Shown: positions 1-12,434, numbered from the stretch's first letter. The stretch is DNA of 64,000 nt from Vezdaea acicularis (GCA_026025075.1 JAPEUI010000074.1:1-64000), one strand, 5' to 3'. The notes: generated by a model not told the origin, from the letters alone. Numbers and translations: made by a program.

Positions 1-339
1 AGGTGGCTCGCCAGCACAGCAGGGCTCGCCTAGGGCAGCGCAGCCTGGATCCGGCACCCACACACCCACACCACCCCAGCGCCGGGGCTCGGCGGCCCTC
101 TTAACTGAAAGCCACCGCCCACTTTTTTCCATTCGACCGCCTGCCGTCCTTTCTCCCTCACCCATCATCACCACCGTCGCTTGCCCACGGCGCCCACGCA
201 ATTCCCTCCTCCCCCGAATTTCCCGCGGTGCCCTCCGCCCCAACACGACCGAACGTGCGCGTCGACCGCCACGACGACGACACACAAACAACACCAAACA
301 TCTCGCCCGTCGTGAGCAGTCGTCCGCCGGCTCGTCGTG

Positions 340-1849
340 ATGGCGAAGGCGAAGAAGGCCGACAAGGCGCCCGAGAAGGAGCCCACCAAGGACAGCGCGC
401 TGCTCCAGGTGTCCGTCGAGGACTTTGAGCGCACGAGAGACTCGGTAAGCCCACGCGCTTCTTCCGCCGTTTGTTGTTGTGGTTCCCTTCTCGCCCTGCG
501 CCCTGCATCTTGCTACCCACGCGGCTCTCCGCGAACATCTCGATCAGCGCTCTCGCCGAGCGCTGATCACGTCCGGTCCCTTCGTCGTTGCCTTCACCTT
601 TGCCCCCCTCCTCTTCCTCACATGACCCTGCAGCTTCGGGACTGTACGCTCACCTTCTCTTCTTACGTTCTCTTTCTCAATTCGTCTCACCTCGGTTCCC
701 CTCTCATCTCATACACCGTCCGCTCGCCTCGGCCATGAGGTTCTCGTGGCGCGAGGGCGAGAACATCTACTCATGGCACAACGGACGAGCCATGCGGCGC
801 TGGAAGTGCGATCCTACGCATTGGTCTCTGACGGGGCAACAGGTCGTCACCGGGCTCGCCACGCTCCAGAACGCGGTGCAGGATCTCTCGCGCGCCTACA
901 TCATCCACACCAACACCGTGCTCGGCCGCGCCCCGAACCAGACCCTCGAGCTGCTCAACCTCCCCAAGTCGATCAACGAGAACGGCATCCTGGGCCCGCG
1001 TCCGACGACCGCCGATGCGGAGAAGTCGGACGGCGCGGCGCCCGAGAAGGAGAAGAAGAAGAAGCGCTTCCACGATCCCAACGCCCCCAAGCGTCCCCTC
1101 ACCCCCTACTTCCTCTACATGCAGACGGCACGTCAGATCATCGCCAACGACCTCGGCGAGAACGCGAAGCCCGGTGAAGTGAGCGCCGAGGGCACGAAAC
1201 GGTGGACGGAGATGAGCGAGAACGAGAAGAATGTATACCATCTTTTCCCCTCCTCCCTCCCTTCCCCCCCACATTTACCTTTCCTCTCCCTCTTGCTAAC
1301 GCAGTCGCCCAGATGTGGAAGCAAGTGTACACGCAGAACCTTGAGGCCTACCACGGCCGAATGGCGCTGTACAAGAAGGGCGAAGACTGGCGCGCCGTCG
1401 ACGACGCCGCCGCCGCCCAGCTCGCCCAGGAGACGGGCGCCGCCATCGAGGCCGACGACGACGACGAGGACGCCACGCACGCCGAAGTGCCGCCCAAAGC
1501 GCCCACGCCGCCCAAATCGCCCAAAGCGAACAAACGCCGCAAGACGGCCAAAGACGCCGACACCGCGGCCGCCAAGGCGAAAGAAACCCCCATCCCCGTC
1601 CCCTCCTCCGCGGCCAAGACCCCCATCCCCGTCCCCACCCCCGCCGCCGCCGACGCGAAGGAGCCCAGTCCCGACAAGAAGAAGAAGAAGTCCGCGCGGA
1701 AGACCAAGGCGGAGCTGCAGAAGGAGAAGGACGAGGCGGCGGTGGTGGCGGAACAGGCCGAGCCGGCCGAGGTGCCGGTCGAGAGCGTGAAGAAGGAAAA
1801 GGAGAAGAAGCCGAAGCGGAAGCGCAAGAGCGATGCCATCGAGGCGTAG
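340..1849 (+). CDS. HMG-box DNA-binding protein (Hmo1-like architecture), 3 exons (340-444, 843-1232, 1313-1849)
   Basis: HMG signature KKKKRFHDPNAPKRPLTPYFLYM...W..MS..EK/MWKQVY. Introns GTAAGC(445)..CAG(842) and GTATAC(1233)..CAG(1312). Lys/Ala/Pro-rich tail. Confidence 0.88.
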
Positions 1850-2688
1850 GCCCTCTCGTTTCTTCGTTCTTCTTCGACTTTTCTGAGCTTCATTGCCCAG
1901 CGCGCTTCTCTGAATGAATGACTTGGCGGATCATTGCGGTGGGGAAAGGGGTTTTATACGGTTGCTTGGCAAGCTGGTGGATGATGTATCGGACGGGAGG
2001 CGCGCCCCTTGATCGAGCGCGGGGCCACTGGATGCTCTCTCTCTCTCTCACTCCCGTGCATCTGCTCTCTCGTTCGTCCGGACAGGACATGTGCTTGCGC
2101 CCATTGGCTTGTAGGGGTGCCGTGGGAAAGGGGAGATGGGGGCAAGGGGGGAGGGCTTTCGAGCTCGCGGGCATATCTCACGGTGTAGATAATTTCTGAT
2201 ACGTAGGGAATAGCGGGGAGCTTTTGCATTTCACACACGACTTAGAGCCCCATCTCCTCTCCGTTCCACCCAACCACGAAACAACCGCTGATACCCTCCC
2301 CGTGAAGACTCGAGAAAGACTACCCACACCAGAACGTCCAACAACCCTAGTACTGTTGCGTCAAGCCAGAAGGGGTCCTGGAAGATTCAGCGTCTTGTCA
2401 TTGGCACAGCAAGTAGTCTCTGGCGTTGAACGCGTTACCCCACGAGCGATCACTTGCAGGAACTAGGCGATTGCGGGGTGGCCTTGCAGCGAGGCGATAG
2501 CGAGTGGGTGAGGAAGCTTATCGGCTTGGCCTAGAACCCCGCAATTTGGGGGTCGTGATGTTGGACTGGGATCCTAAGCTTGTCGGACCTCTCTACTTCT
2601 GCTTCACAATCTAATTGCAATGCTCGATTTCTGCTGACTTGAGAACAGTCCTGAGCTTGTTACCTAAGCTGCGCTGCAAAGACTCGCA

Positions 2689-4694
2689 ATGCATCTCGTG
2701 CCGAAAGAAGTGAGCGCTCGATTCCAAACTTGAGGGGCATCTTCTAGGGAGGGAGTCAAGCTGATATCGTACGGGGGCACAATAGCTCGACAAGCTCGTG
2801 ATCTCGCAGCTCGGCTTGCTCGCGCAACGACGTCTGGCGAGGGGCATCAAGCTGAACTACGCCGAAGCAACCGTACGCCCCCCCCAATGCCACGGACGCA
2901 ATTGCCCCAAATCCTCTCGGAGAAGCTGACGAGTGCAGGCTCTCATAGCCAACAACCTCCATGAAGTATGTTCCCCGATTCAACTTTGGTTCGCAACTCA
3001 TACACTGATACGTCTGTCCCGCCCAAGCTCATCCGCGATGGCAACCACTCCGTCGCCGACCTCATGTCGATTGGCAAATCGATGCTCGGCCGCCGCCACG
3101 TCCTCCCGTCCGTCGTCTCCACCCTGACCGAGCTCCAGGTCGAGGGCACCTTTCCCTCCGGCACCTACCTCGTCACCGTCCATCACCCCATCGCGAGCGA
3201 CGATGGCGATCTCGACAAGGCGCTGTATGGCAGCTTCTTGCCGGTGCCGAGGGCGGACGCTTTCGCGCTGCCGGACCCGCAGGTTTATGAGAGCGAGAAG
3301 ATGCCTGGTGCCGTCGTGCCGGTCAAGGGAAGGATCGCGATCAATGAGGGCAGGAAGAGGATTCGGTTGAAGGTCAGGAGTAAGGGGGATCGGCCGATTC
3401 AGGTAGGAGACTCGGAGAGTGGCATTTGGTATATGGCATTGGTGCTGATGGCTGTGAACGGTCAGATTGGCTCGCATTATCACTTTATAGAAACGAATCC
3501 GCACCTGGACTTCGACCGCATACGGGCTTATGGCTACCGGCTGGACATTGCCGCAGGGACATCTGTACGGTTTGAGCCGGGAGACACAAAGACAGTCACG
3601 TTGGTGGAGATTGGTGGGCATCGAGTGATCAGGGGTGGTAATGGTCTGGCTACAGGGCAGGTCGACGTCTCTCGAGCGGAGGAGATCACGAAGCGCCTCC
3701 ACGAAGCAGGGTTCGCACACACGCCAGAGCCGGCAGGGGATGGCGAGCATATCGACTTCTTTTCCATGGACCGGGCGGCCTATTGCGCCATGTTCGGCCC
3801 CACGACGGGAGATGTAGTCCGGCTCGGATCGACGAACCTCTGGATCAAGGTCGAGAAGGACTTTACCACCTACGGCGACGAGTGTAAATTTGGGGGTGGC
3901 AAGACGCTGCGGGAAGGGATGGGCCAGGCCAGCGGCCGCCCGGACAGCGAGAGTCTTGATCTTGTCGTCACCAACGCCCTCATCGTGGACTGGACGGGCA
4001 TCTACAAAGCCGATATAGGGGTCAAGGACGGCGTCATCGTGGGCATCGGCAAGGCAGGCAACCCGGATGTCATGGAGGGGGTAGATCCAGCGCTCGTGGT
4101 CGGGTCCTGCACGGACGTGATCGCCGGCGAGGGCAAGATCGTGACGGCGGGCGGCCTCGACACGCACATCCACTTCATCTGCCCGCAACAAGCATACGAA
4201 GCCATCGCGGCGGGCATCACGACCATGCTCGGCGGTGGGACGGGGCCTAGCGCCGGCACCAGCGCCACGACCTGCACGCCGGGCAAGAACTATATGCGGC
4301 AGATGCTCCAAGCCTGCGACTCCCTCCCCATCAACTACGGCATTACGGGCAAGGGCAACGACAGCGACCCCCGCGCCCTGACCGAGCAAGTGCACGCCGG
4401 CGCCTGCGGCCTCAAGCTCCACGAGGACTGGGGCACCACCCCCGCCGCCATCGACACCTGCCTCGCCGTCTGCGACGACACCGACATCCAATGCCTCATC
4501 CATACGGACACGCTCAACGAGAGCGGCTTCGTCGAGTCCACCATTGCCGCCTTCAAGGGCCGCGCCATCCACACCTACCACACCGAAGGCGCCGGCGGCG
4601 GGCACGCCCCAGACATCATCTCCGTCGTCGAGCACGCCAACGTGCTTCCCTCCAGCACCAACCCCACCCGGCCCTACACCAAGAACACCCTCGA

Positions 4695-4731
<37 letters not shown>

Positions 4732-5714
4732 TCCAAGAACATCCCCGAGGACGTCGCCTTCGCCGAGTCCCGTATCCGCGCCGAGACCATCGCCGCCGAG
4801 GACGTCCTGCACGACCTCGGCGCCATCAGCATGATGTCCAGCGACTCGCAGGCCATGGGCCGCTGCGGCGAGGTCATTCTCAGGACGTGGAATACCGCCC
4901 ATAAGAATAAAGCCCAGCGCGGCCCTCTCGCCGAGGATGAGGGGACTGGCGCGGATAACTTCCGCGTCAAGCGCTATCTGAGCAAGTATACGATCAACCC
5001 GGCCATCGCGCAGGGGATGAGCCATGCGGTGGGCAGTTTGGAGGTCGGGAAGGTCGCGGATCTGTGCGTGTGGGACCCGGCGAGGTGGGGCACCAAGCCA
5101 AATCTCGTCGTCAAGAGCGGCTTGATCGCTTGGGCCATGATGGGCGATCCGAATGCCTCGTTCGTCTTTCCCCCTTCTCCCCCCCAACGAACCATCGCCA
5201 TGTACGTACTTACTAAGATAGCATCCCCACCGTACAACCCATAATCGCCAGACCCATGTTCGCCGTACGCCCCCTTTCCTCCCCCCCCCTCTCTTTTCCC
5301 CTCTTCTCTCTCTAACGCGACCCTCCAGCCTTTTGTCCCAAGCACCTCCATAACATTCGTATCTCAACTCTCGCTCAGCAGCGGCGTCATCGCATCCTAC
5401 GGTCTCCAAAAGCGCGTGCTCCCCGTCAAGAACTGCCGGAATGTGGGCAAAGGGGATATGAAATATAATGATTATCGGCCCCGCATGAGGGTCGATCCGG
5501 AGAGTTATGTAAGTTTTTTTTCTCTCCTGTTCCCCCCTTTTTTGTTATGTTTTGGTTTTTTGGAGGGGGGGGGGTTGGTTTGGGTGGGATGGACCTTTGG
5601 CTAATATGATCCCCCTTTTTGGGGGAGGCACAGACGGTCGAGGCAGATGGCGTATTGTGCACGGCAGAGCCGGCGACGGAGTTGCCGCTTACGCAGGAGT
5701 TTTATGTTTATTGA
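2689..5714 (+). CDS. URE1: Urease (single-chain fungal type, fused gamma-beta-alpha), multi-exon
   Basis: N-terminus [25 protein letters not shown]. Motifs [61 protein letters not shown]-terminus [11 protein letters not shown] with TGA at 5712-5714. Confidence 0.97.
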
Positions 5715-7740
5715 GGTTGAGGATGTCTGGAGAAGAGGGAGGGAGGGGGAGGGGCATTATTGGGGAGAAGAGCCACGATGTGGGTGCGGATGTGGCAGGA
5801 AAGGGGGGAAAGGTGGAGGGAAAGGGGGGGAGAAGGGGGGAGGGAAGGGAGGGGGGAAAACAAGGGAAGAGCTCATGTCGCGCTGTTTCATACACCCATT
5901 CCACGGTCATGCTCGGACCAGTTAATTCCTCATCCTGCATCCGTTTAACCAATTGACCAAGTTGTTAATATATATCATACTATCAACCCACTTGCTTGTT
6001 CATCAATTAAACGTGGCGCGGTGCTGCGGTCCTACCGTTCGAAGGTTTGGAATTGGGTATTTTTAGACCATTGCAGATGAGGATGATAATGCGGGTGTTT
6101 CCGCAGTGGGATGATGGTGGTGGGTGGTGGGTTGTGGGCGACGGGGACGGGAGCGGCGGGTGGGTGGGGATGCGGGTTTTGTGGGGGGGTGGAAAAGAGG
6201 CGGGATGGGCGGCGGAGGGGAGGGGTGAGGCGGGGAGGAAGGCGGGATGCTGGAGTGGAGCGGGGAGGAAGGCGGGTCAGCTGCGCGGGTTAAGCGGCGG
6301 GAGAGGGGCGCTGGTGGATGGTTGTCTTTGAGGACGAGAAGATGCGGATTATTGCGGCCATGACTTAGCGACAGTCCTAGTCTGGCGATAGGGTCTTGTC
6401 TTGTCGTGTTTGTGGTGCTGGATTGGTAGAGGGAATGGAGAGCGGGGGCGGTGGTGGTGGACGACTAGTTTCACCGCTGGAGGGGCGACGACTTCTTCCT
6501 CGAGAGGGGAGGGGGTGCTCGGCGCTCGCGATTCGCCCGTTCGCCCTGCTCTCTCTTTCGACTTTTCCTTGCTGCTTCGTCTCTCTCGCTGCAACTTATT
6601 CACTTCCCCAAGCCGGCTTTTTCGTGTTGCGTGTGGCTATTGTTACGACGGTGTCTTGTCTCTCACTCTCTTTCTCTTTCCATCTCTCTCTATTTCTCTC
6701 TCCATCTCTGTCTATCTCCATCTTTTGTCTCCAACCTGCAGACCCCACCGAGACAACGGCGTCACGCCCCCGTCCAACGTCCATCCAAGACCATAAGACC
6801 CATCTCTTTGACGGTCACCTGCAGCCGACCACCTTTGGAGGACCCGACCCTCTTTTCTGCCTTCTCTGTCTGGCAGGCGGGCCCGGTTTCATTCACTCAT
6901 TCACACACTCACACATTCACTCATCCGACCCCACCCTCTCTCGCTCCACCATCGATATCGAAAGCCGCATTCACTGCTGCAGACCCCGACGGCCCTGTCT
7001 TGCCGGCCAGCTTGTCCATAAGAAGAGCGACCGTCCCAGCGAAACGACGTTCCCGATTCCCCCCTCAGGGTCCCGACCAATCCGCCAACCCCCTCGCGTA
7101 CCTGAGCGGAAAAGCCGAACTAATCACAACCCGCCAAACGCTCCGATCCGCCCACGACGAACAACCTTCTTGCTCGACCCTTACCGATCTCTTGCCCGCT
7201 CGCCCTTCCTTCGGGCCCGCGCTCCTCGGTCGTGGCCTCGGTCTGCACGTCGTCTGCACGCCCTCTCCCCGTCGGTTCGAATCGTGGGCTGTAACGTCAC
7301 TGCGCCAAATTCCCCGTCCGTCTGTCGTCCGTCGATGCGATACGACGCTCTCCTCGACGACTGACTGGCTCACAGGCACATTCTACTCATCCAACCGGCC
7401 TTGCCGCTCACACCACTCGCCCATAAGTGCCTCTCTTGTGCTCGGCGCCGCACTCGCTCCCAGTTCACACGCCATTCTGGAGCCCGCAATCGCTCAACCT
7501 GTGACACGCCGTCCGCCTGTTGAGCTCAAGAGCCTGGACGTGGCACAGCGGCAAACCTGACTGCACCACAAGAAACCCCTCCCCCCTTGCCTTCACTTAC
7601 ACACTCGCCTCCTCCGCCCTTCATTCACTAAACCTCTCCATTCGCTCGCCGACGATCATTTCAATCCATCACCGACTTTCATCTCTCCGACTTCTTCACA
7701 TACAAACACACTCATCGGCATTCTCACGCCATTCTTCAAG

Positions 7741-8811
7741 ATGAAGGCTGGCAAGATCGACAAGCTCGTCTACAAGACGCTGTACCCCCACCCACGACCC
7801 AATCAGGACCCCACCGACTTCGGGGACCATCTCAAACGACACCTGGTGCCCGAAGTTCGCACAGAAACGCAAACCTTCTATGGTGCCCTCAACACAGACG
7901 AAGCACGGTATCCCGGTCTAAACTATTCCTACCCTCCACATCGCATGCGGCTGAGCCGCTTCCCATGGCACCGACGCCTCTTCCGCGCCTTTAACGAGCT
8001 TCGCCTGACAGAGTCCGAGATAGGGAGCCTATGTCGATGGGAGGGTACAAAGTGGGCGCGCGAGAAGTACGAAGAGGACAGAGGCATCAAGGTCTACGAC
8101 ACAACAGGGGACAGCATCGAACCATGGGTCGAGAAGGAGGTCAGGCGGGGTGTAACGGTGCACGTCCATGAGCCATCCGCCGAATCCAGACAAACGAACA
8201 TGAGCGACAACACCTCTACCGCCGTCGACCAACACATGGAAGACTCGCCGTCTCCCCAAGCCGAACAAGAGATTTATGATGAGGACGATGACCAGGAGGA
8301 CGAGGAAGACGAAGGGCCCACGACCACCGACGAGAACTCCTCTGCCGCCAGCGAGCACGATGACGAAGACGACATGATGCTTGAACCGAGCGCCCTCACT
8401 CATCCTGGCAACGGCAATGGCCTTGAAGAAGACGAAGACGACGACGACGATCACGACTCAGCCTTCAACTCTGTCGGACTAGATTTGAACGCCCGCCTAC
8501 TCGCCGCCGATCACGAGCGCGGCCAGGGCTTACCCGCCCCCGTCGACGACGCATGGGAACAATGGCTCAAGGAGGCCTCCGAGCACGGCTTCAACTTCGA
8601 CTCGGAAACAGCAGAGCGCTTCACCTCCAGCCAAGGGGTCACGTTCGTGCCTGTGACGGTGGCGGCCTTGCAGGCGCAGGGCATCGCGATGTCGAGTGTG
8701 GCGGCTGGTGCGGCCACAGTGGCGAGGATGCGAAATGCGCCTGTTGCGGAACCGCCGGTGGGGGGGCCGGAGAGGCCGAGGAGGCCGCAGCCGGCGGAGG
8801 AGATGTGTTGA
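7741..8811 (+). CDS. Uncharacterised filamentous-fungal protein (globular N-terminal region, acidic tract, WEQWLKEA motif)
   Basis: 356-aa intronless ORF with coding-like composition, preceded by a CT/CA-rich leader. N-terminal region YPGLNYSYPPHRMRLSRFPWHRRLFRAF...RWEGTKWARE looks like a folded domain. Confidence 0.8.
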   Translation: MKAGKIDKLVYKTLYPHPRPNQDPTDFGDHLKRHLVPEVRTETQTFYGALNTDEARYPGLNYSYPPHRMRLSRFPWHRRLFRAFNELRLTESEIGSLCRWEGTKWAREKYEEDRGIKVYDTTGDSIEPWVEKEVRRGVTVHVHEPSAESRQTNMSDNTSTAVDQHMEDSPSPQAEQEIYDEDDDQEDEEDEGPTTTDENSSAASEHDDEDDMMLEPSALTHPGNGNGLEEDEDDDDDHDSAFNSVGLDLNARLLAADHERGQGLPAPVDDAWEQWLKEASEHGFNFDSETAERFTSSQGVTFVPVTVAALQAQGIAMSSVAAGAATVARMRNAPVAEPPVGGPERPRRPQPAEEMC

Positions 8812-10045
8812 GCGAGCTTGTCTCTCTTCATATTTTCCTCTCTCTATACCCTCTCACTTTCATTTCAGCCGGTATCACAGTACAAAACACAACATAACAC
8901 AAGGTGCCATAGTTCCTTCCTTTCCTCATGCTATGACCAGGCTAGCTGGCTGGACTACTGTTTATCCATGAACAACCACGATGACGAACGACGAACGACG
9001 AGGAAGAACGGGATTTGGTCTGCATGCTTGAAGATTTCACGGACGGGACAGCTGCATATAGAACACACTCTCAGCCACTTTTTCCCTTTCCCCCCCCCCC
9101 CTTTCTGTTTCCCTTTGTTTTCGAGGGTCTGGACTGGGGTGTTATGGGTTCTGCTATTGGGAGCGAAGCGGGCGTTTTGTCTTTTCCTTTTTTTCCAATC
9201 CCGGCTGATGGGACGTGTGCGGGTTGCATCTTTTGCTTTGAGTGCGTGTGTGCGTGTGTGTGCGCGAGCTTGGCCTGCGGTTGTGCGGGGAGGGTGTGGG
9301 TTTGTAGGGTTGGGGTGTTAGTGCTGGTGCTGGGTAGGGAATGCAGGTGCAGATGGGATGAGATAGTGTGCTGTGCTGTGCTGTATGGCATATGGGATGA
9401 GATCGGCTGGTTGGTTGGGGCAGAGGGAGGGTAGAGATTGGGGTATGGAGAATGGGGGGGGTTTATGGCTGTGCTGTAGGGTTTAATTGGTGGTGGGGGT
9501 GCAGTGGTAGTGGTATATGCTGAATCAAGGAATTACTCATATTTGAGTCGATGAGTGAACGAGTATCTGTGTGCGTGCTTGCATGTATGCATATGTGCGT
9601 GTGAACGCACCCCCCCCCCCCCTCAAGCACCCAGCCAAAGGTACCAGAGAAGCACACACCACCCTCCTACTCAATCCTACTATCCCTCCCTCGCTCGAGA
9701 ACAGAACGGAATATCCCCGGGGGTAAAGGGTTGGGTTTGTGGTGGATGATGTGAGAGAAAACCGGGCGGGGGGGGAATATTGTTCATATTTTCGTAAAGG
9801 GGAGGGGGGAGGCGCGTGATGCGTTTCTTTATGGGTGTGCGAGATGGTTCGATTGGAGGGGGGGGATCATACGGCTGTGTTGCATGGATGGACAGGTACG
9901 TACTCTATCCAAGACACCCTTTCTTCCTATACTCTATACAAAAGCCTTTCCATACATTCCACCAGCCAGCCTAACTCCCCGCTCCCCGCTCCCCGGCCTC
10001 CAGAGTGTCCTCTTCTCATACCCCAACGCCTGCTCCACCAGGAAG

Positions 10046-10220
10046 CTAGACCACAGTATTCCTCTCCACGACCTCCGCCGCGAACCGGCCGAACTCGAGA
10101 CCGGTCTCAAGATCCACTAGGTGCTCCAGCAGCATACTACACCATAGTATTCCTCTCCACGACCTCCGCCGCAAACCTCCCAAACTCGAGACCGGTCTCA
10201 AGATCGACCGGGTCCTCGAG
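10046..10220. repeat. Imperfect tandem duplication (period 91 nt) of the last 28 codons of the oxygenase gene
   Basis: 10137-10220 and 10046-10129 align without gaps, with 11 mismatches in 84 nt. Each unit contains the palindrome GAGACCGGTCTC. Confidence 0.95.
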
Positions 10221-11354
10221 ATTCGGCTGGGTGAAGACGGCGAGGGTATTCCGCGCCACGCTCTGAGCCCGGGTGGGGTCCGCGCGCACGCCGCGTACGA
10301 AATGTGGCACCGCTTTGAAGTGACCGCGCGTGATGCTTTCGAGGGCGGCGCCGGTTTGGAAGGCGAGGGTGGTGGGTGGGATGAGGATTTTGGTGGGGCG
10401 GCCGGTGCGGGAGAGGATGTAGAGGCCGGCGGTGGGGTCTGGAGGGCTGGGGAGGTCGGGGAGCGGGGGGAGGGTGCTGGGCAGAGGGGAGGGGAGAGTG
10501 CGCTGGGGGAGGTGGAGGGGGGTTTCGTTGATGTATTGGGCGGAGGTGAGGCCGGTGAGGCAGCCGTGGTCGACGTGGGTGGCGCACCAGTCGTCATCTG
10601 TTTCTGGCTCTGGGTTGGGGCTGTCGTCTGGGAAGTAGTGCAGGAGTCGGGCTTTGGTTGTGCGGGACGTACGCACGACGCGCTCGAGGTAGCCGGGCTC
10701 GTAGTCCGGGATTGTGGCAACGGCGTAGAGATCGCAGGCGCGTGCGACTAGGGCGGCCACGTCGATGATCTGCCGGATCAGAGCTTCAGTCTCGCTTTGG
10801 AAGCCTGGGAGCAGCGTTTCGGGTGGCCAGATAGCCGGGATGAGGTACTCTGGGAAGTTTTCCGGCGTGTATTTCGCGTTGGAAGCATTAGGAGAAGAGA
10901 GGGGTGTCTCGCTCGAGCCATAGAAAGTGCAGGGGATGTAGTAGGAGCCTTTGTTGGTGTCGAAACGGCCGCTGGCTAGTGTTTCTTTGCCGTGTGACCA
11001 GCCGGTGAGGTACTTTGCTTTGGGGCTTTCAAGAGTCTCTAGCATCAATTGAGTTAGCCACGGAGTTATATACAGCAGAAAGGGGAGATACGCACTGAGC
11101 ACGGCGGATGGCAAGGCAGCTAGATAGGATGAGTATGAGAGGACGGTGCGGCGTTGAAGACTGTATGACGGAGGAAGATCTCGAACTAGGATGATGCCCA
11201 GAGAGGACGGGCCGAATGCGGCTTCGAGGGTCGAGAAGGGTACGGCACCGGATTCGAGGTCGTGGAGGGAGACTGTGACGGGATTGGCAGGGTCATGAAC
11301 ATTGGGTGAGCCGTCCCCATTGGAGGCCCTTGCCTGACTCGAGTCAGCTTCCAT
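10137..11354 (-). CDS. 2-oxoglutarate/Fe(II)-dependent dioxygenase (IPNS/clavaminate synthase-like superfamily); probable intron 11039-11095
   Basis: RLLHYF, facial triad HVD...H (WCATHVDHG, AVPHFV), distal R (RNTLAVF), N-terminal GPSSLGIILV and GWSHGKE. Confidence 0.9.
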   Translation of the reverse strand: MEADSSQARASNGDGSPNVHDPANPVTVSLHDLESGAVPFSTLEAAFGPSSLGIILVRDLPPSYSLQRRTVLSYSSYLAALPSAVLSAYLPFLLYITPWLTQLMLETLESPKAKYLTGWSHGKETLASGRFDTNKGSYYIPCTFYGSSETPLSSPNASNAKYTPENFPEYLIPAIWPPETLLPGFQSETEALIRQIIDVAALVARACDLYAVATIPDYEPGYLERVVRTSRTTKARLLHYFPDDSPNPEPETDDDWCATHVDHGCLTGLTSAQYINETPLHLPQRTLPSPLPSTLPPLPDLPSPPDPTAGLYILSRTGRPTKILIPPTTLAFQTGAALESITRGHFKAVPHFVRGVRADPTRAQSVARNTLAVFTQPNLEDPVDLETGLEFGRFAAEVVERNTMV

Positions 11355-11585
11355 GAGGAGCAAAAAGAGAGGCTACGTGAGGCAGACTGAGTGTGACTCT
11401 AGAGACGGAGAGTTACAATTGCAACGTGCGGAGCCTCTACGCAAGCGCGACGCGATGTGGGGGTTTCTGCCAAGGCGGTGAAGTAATCTGGAGAATCGCC
11501 CGAGCTTCATACAGCTTTCAAGGTCTCTGGGCAAAGAGACCAACACAACTCATATGCGACTAAAAACTGAAAACATAATTACAAC

Positions 11586-12434
11586 ATGGTCAAGCCTCTC
11601 GCCTTCAAAGGTGACAAGAAGGTCAAAAAGCGTAAGAGAGCCCCAGTAGACGACGATCCTTCCGTGCCCTCGAGTAAAGAGCTTGTCCTAGCTCAGCCCG
11701 ACATCCCCGAGGAAGACGATACTTGGACAAGCGCAGACATTCCCAATGATATCGCTGGGCCCGTAATATTCGCGTTACCTTCGGAGCCCCCAACTTGCAT
11801 AGCGTGCGACGCCATCGGCAAGGTATTTACAAGTGAGTTGGAGAACATAGTCGAAGGGGACCTGGCGACCGCAGAACCGCATGATGTGAGGCAGGTTTGG
11901 GTAGCGAACAGAGTCGCAGGGACGGAGAGCTTCAGCTTCAAAGGGCATCATGGAAGGTCTGTCTGCGTTTCGATTGAGCATGGAGCTTTCACTGACGAGT
12001 CGACCAGATACCTGAGCTGCGACAAGATTGGGATGCTCTCTGCAAGTAGCGAGGCCATCTCGCCCGAGGAGTCCTTCCTCTGCATACCCACGCCAGAAAC
12101 GCCAGGAACCTTCTCTATTCAGACGTTACGTGAGAAGTTTCTCACTCTTAATGCTACGTCCAAGACGCCAGAAGTCCGGGGTGATGCTTCCGAAATCACG
12201 TTTAACACAACCTTTCGCATACGCATGCAGGCGAGATTCAAGCCACGGCTGAAAGCGAACAAGGAGGAGAAAGCAAGAGAGAAGATCAGTCGGAAAGAAC
12301 TGGAGGCTGTTGCAGGAAGGAGATTGGATGACGACGAGGTACGCAAGTTAAAGAAGGCGCGGAGGGAAGGGACGTATCATGAGGCGATCTTGGACGTGCG
12401 GGTCAAGGGGAAACATGACAAGTACGCTTCATGA
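11586..12434 (+). CDS. FRG1: FRG1 family protein (fascin-like fold, spliceosome-associated); intron 11957-12007
   Basis: MVKPLAFKGDKKVKKRKR start, AEPHDVRQVW, RIRMQARFKPRLK, C-terminal LKKARREG.YHEAILD.R.K.KHDKY. Confidence 0.9.
   Translation: MVKPLAFKGDKKVKKRKRAPVDDDPSVPSSKELVLAQPDIPEEDDTWTSADIPNDIAGPVIFALPSEPPTCIACDAIGKVFTSELENIVEGDLATAEPHDVRQVWVANRVAGTESFSFKGHHGRSVCVSIEHGAFTDESTRYLSCDKIGMLSASSEAISPEESFLCIPTPETPGTFSIQTLREKFLTLNATSKTPEVRGDASEITFNTTFRIRMQARFKPRLKANKEEKAREKISRKELEAVAGRRLDDDEVRKLKKARREGTYHEAILDVRVKGKHDKYAS

Noticed and set aside
445..842. Long first intron of the HMG gene as a possible snoRNA host
   Set aside because: No convincing C/D or H/ACA box arrangement or terminal stem seen.
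2998..5409. 803-aa antisense ORF over urease, and similar antisense ORFs over the HMG, RTA1, SFR1 and 26879 genes
   Set aside because: Shadow frames expected from GC3-rich codon usage on the coding strand; no recognisable motifs.
7270..7290. GGTTCGAATC resembling a tRNA T-loop/B-box
   Set aside because: Flanks do not form a T-stem or cloverleaf.
6396..7560. 322-aa and 309-aa overlapping ORFs
   Set aside because: Non-ATG starts, and they translate CT-repeat leader sequence; more likely promoter or 5' UTR of the 7741 gene.
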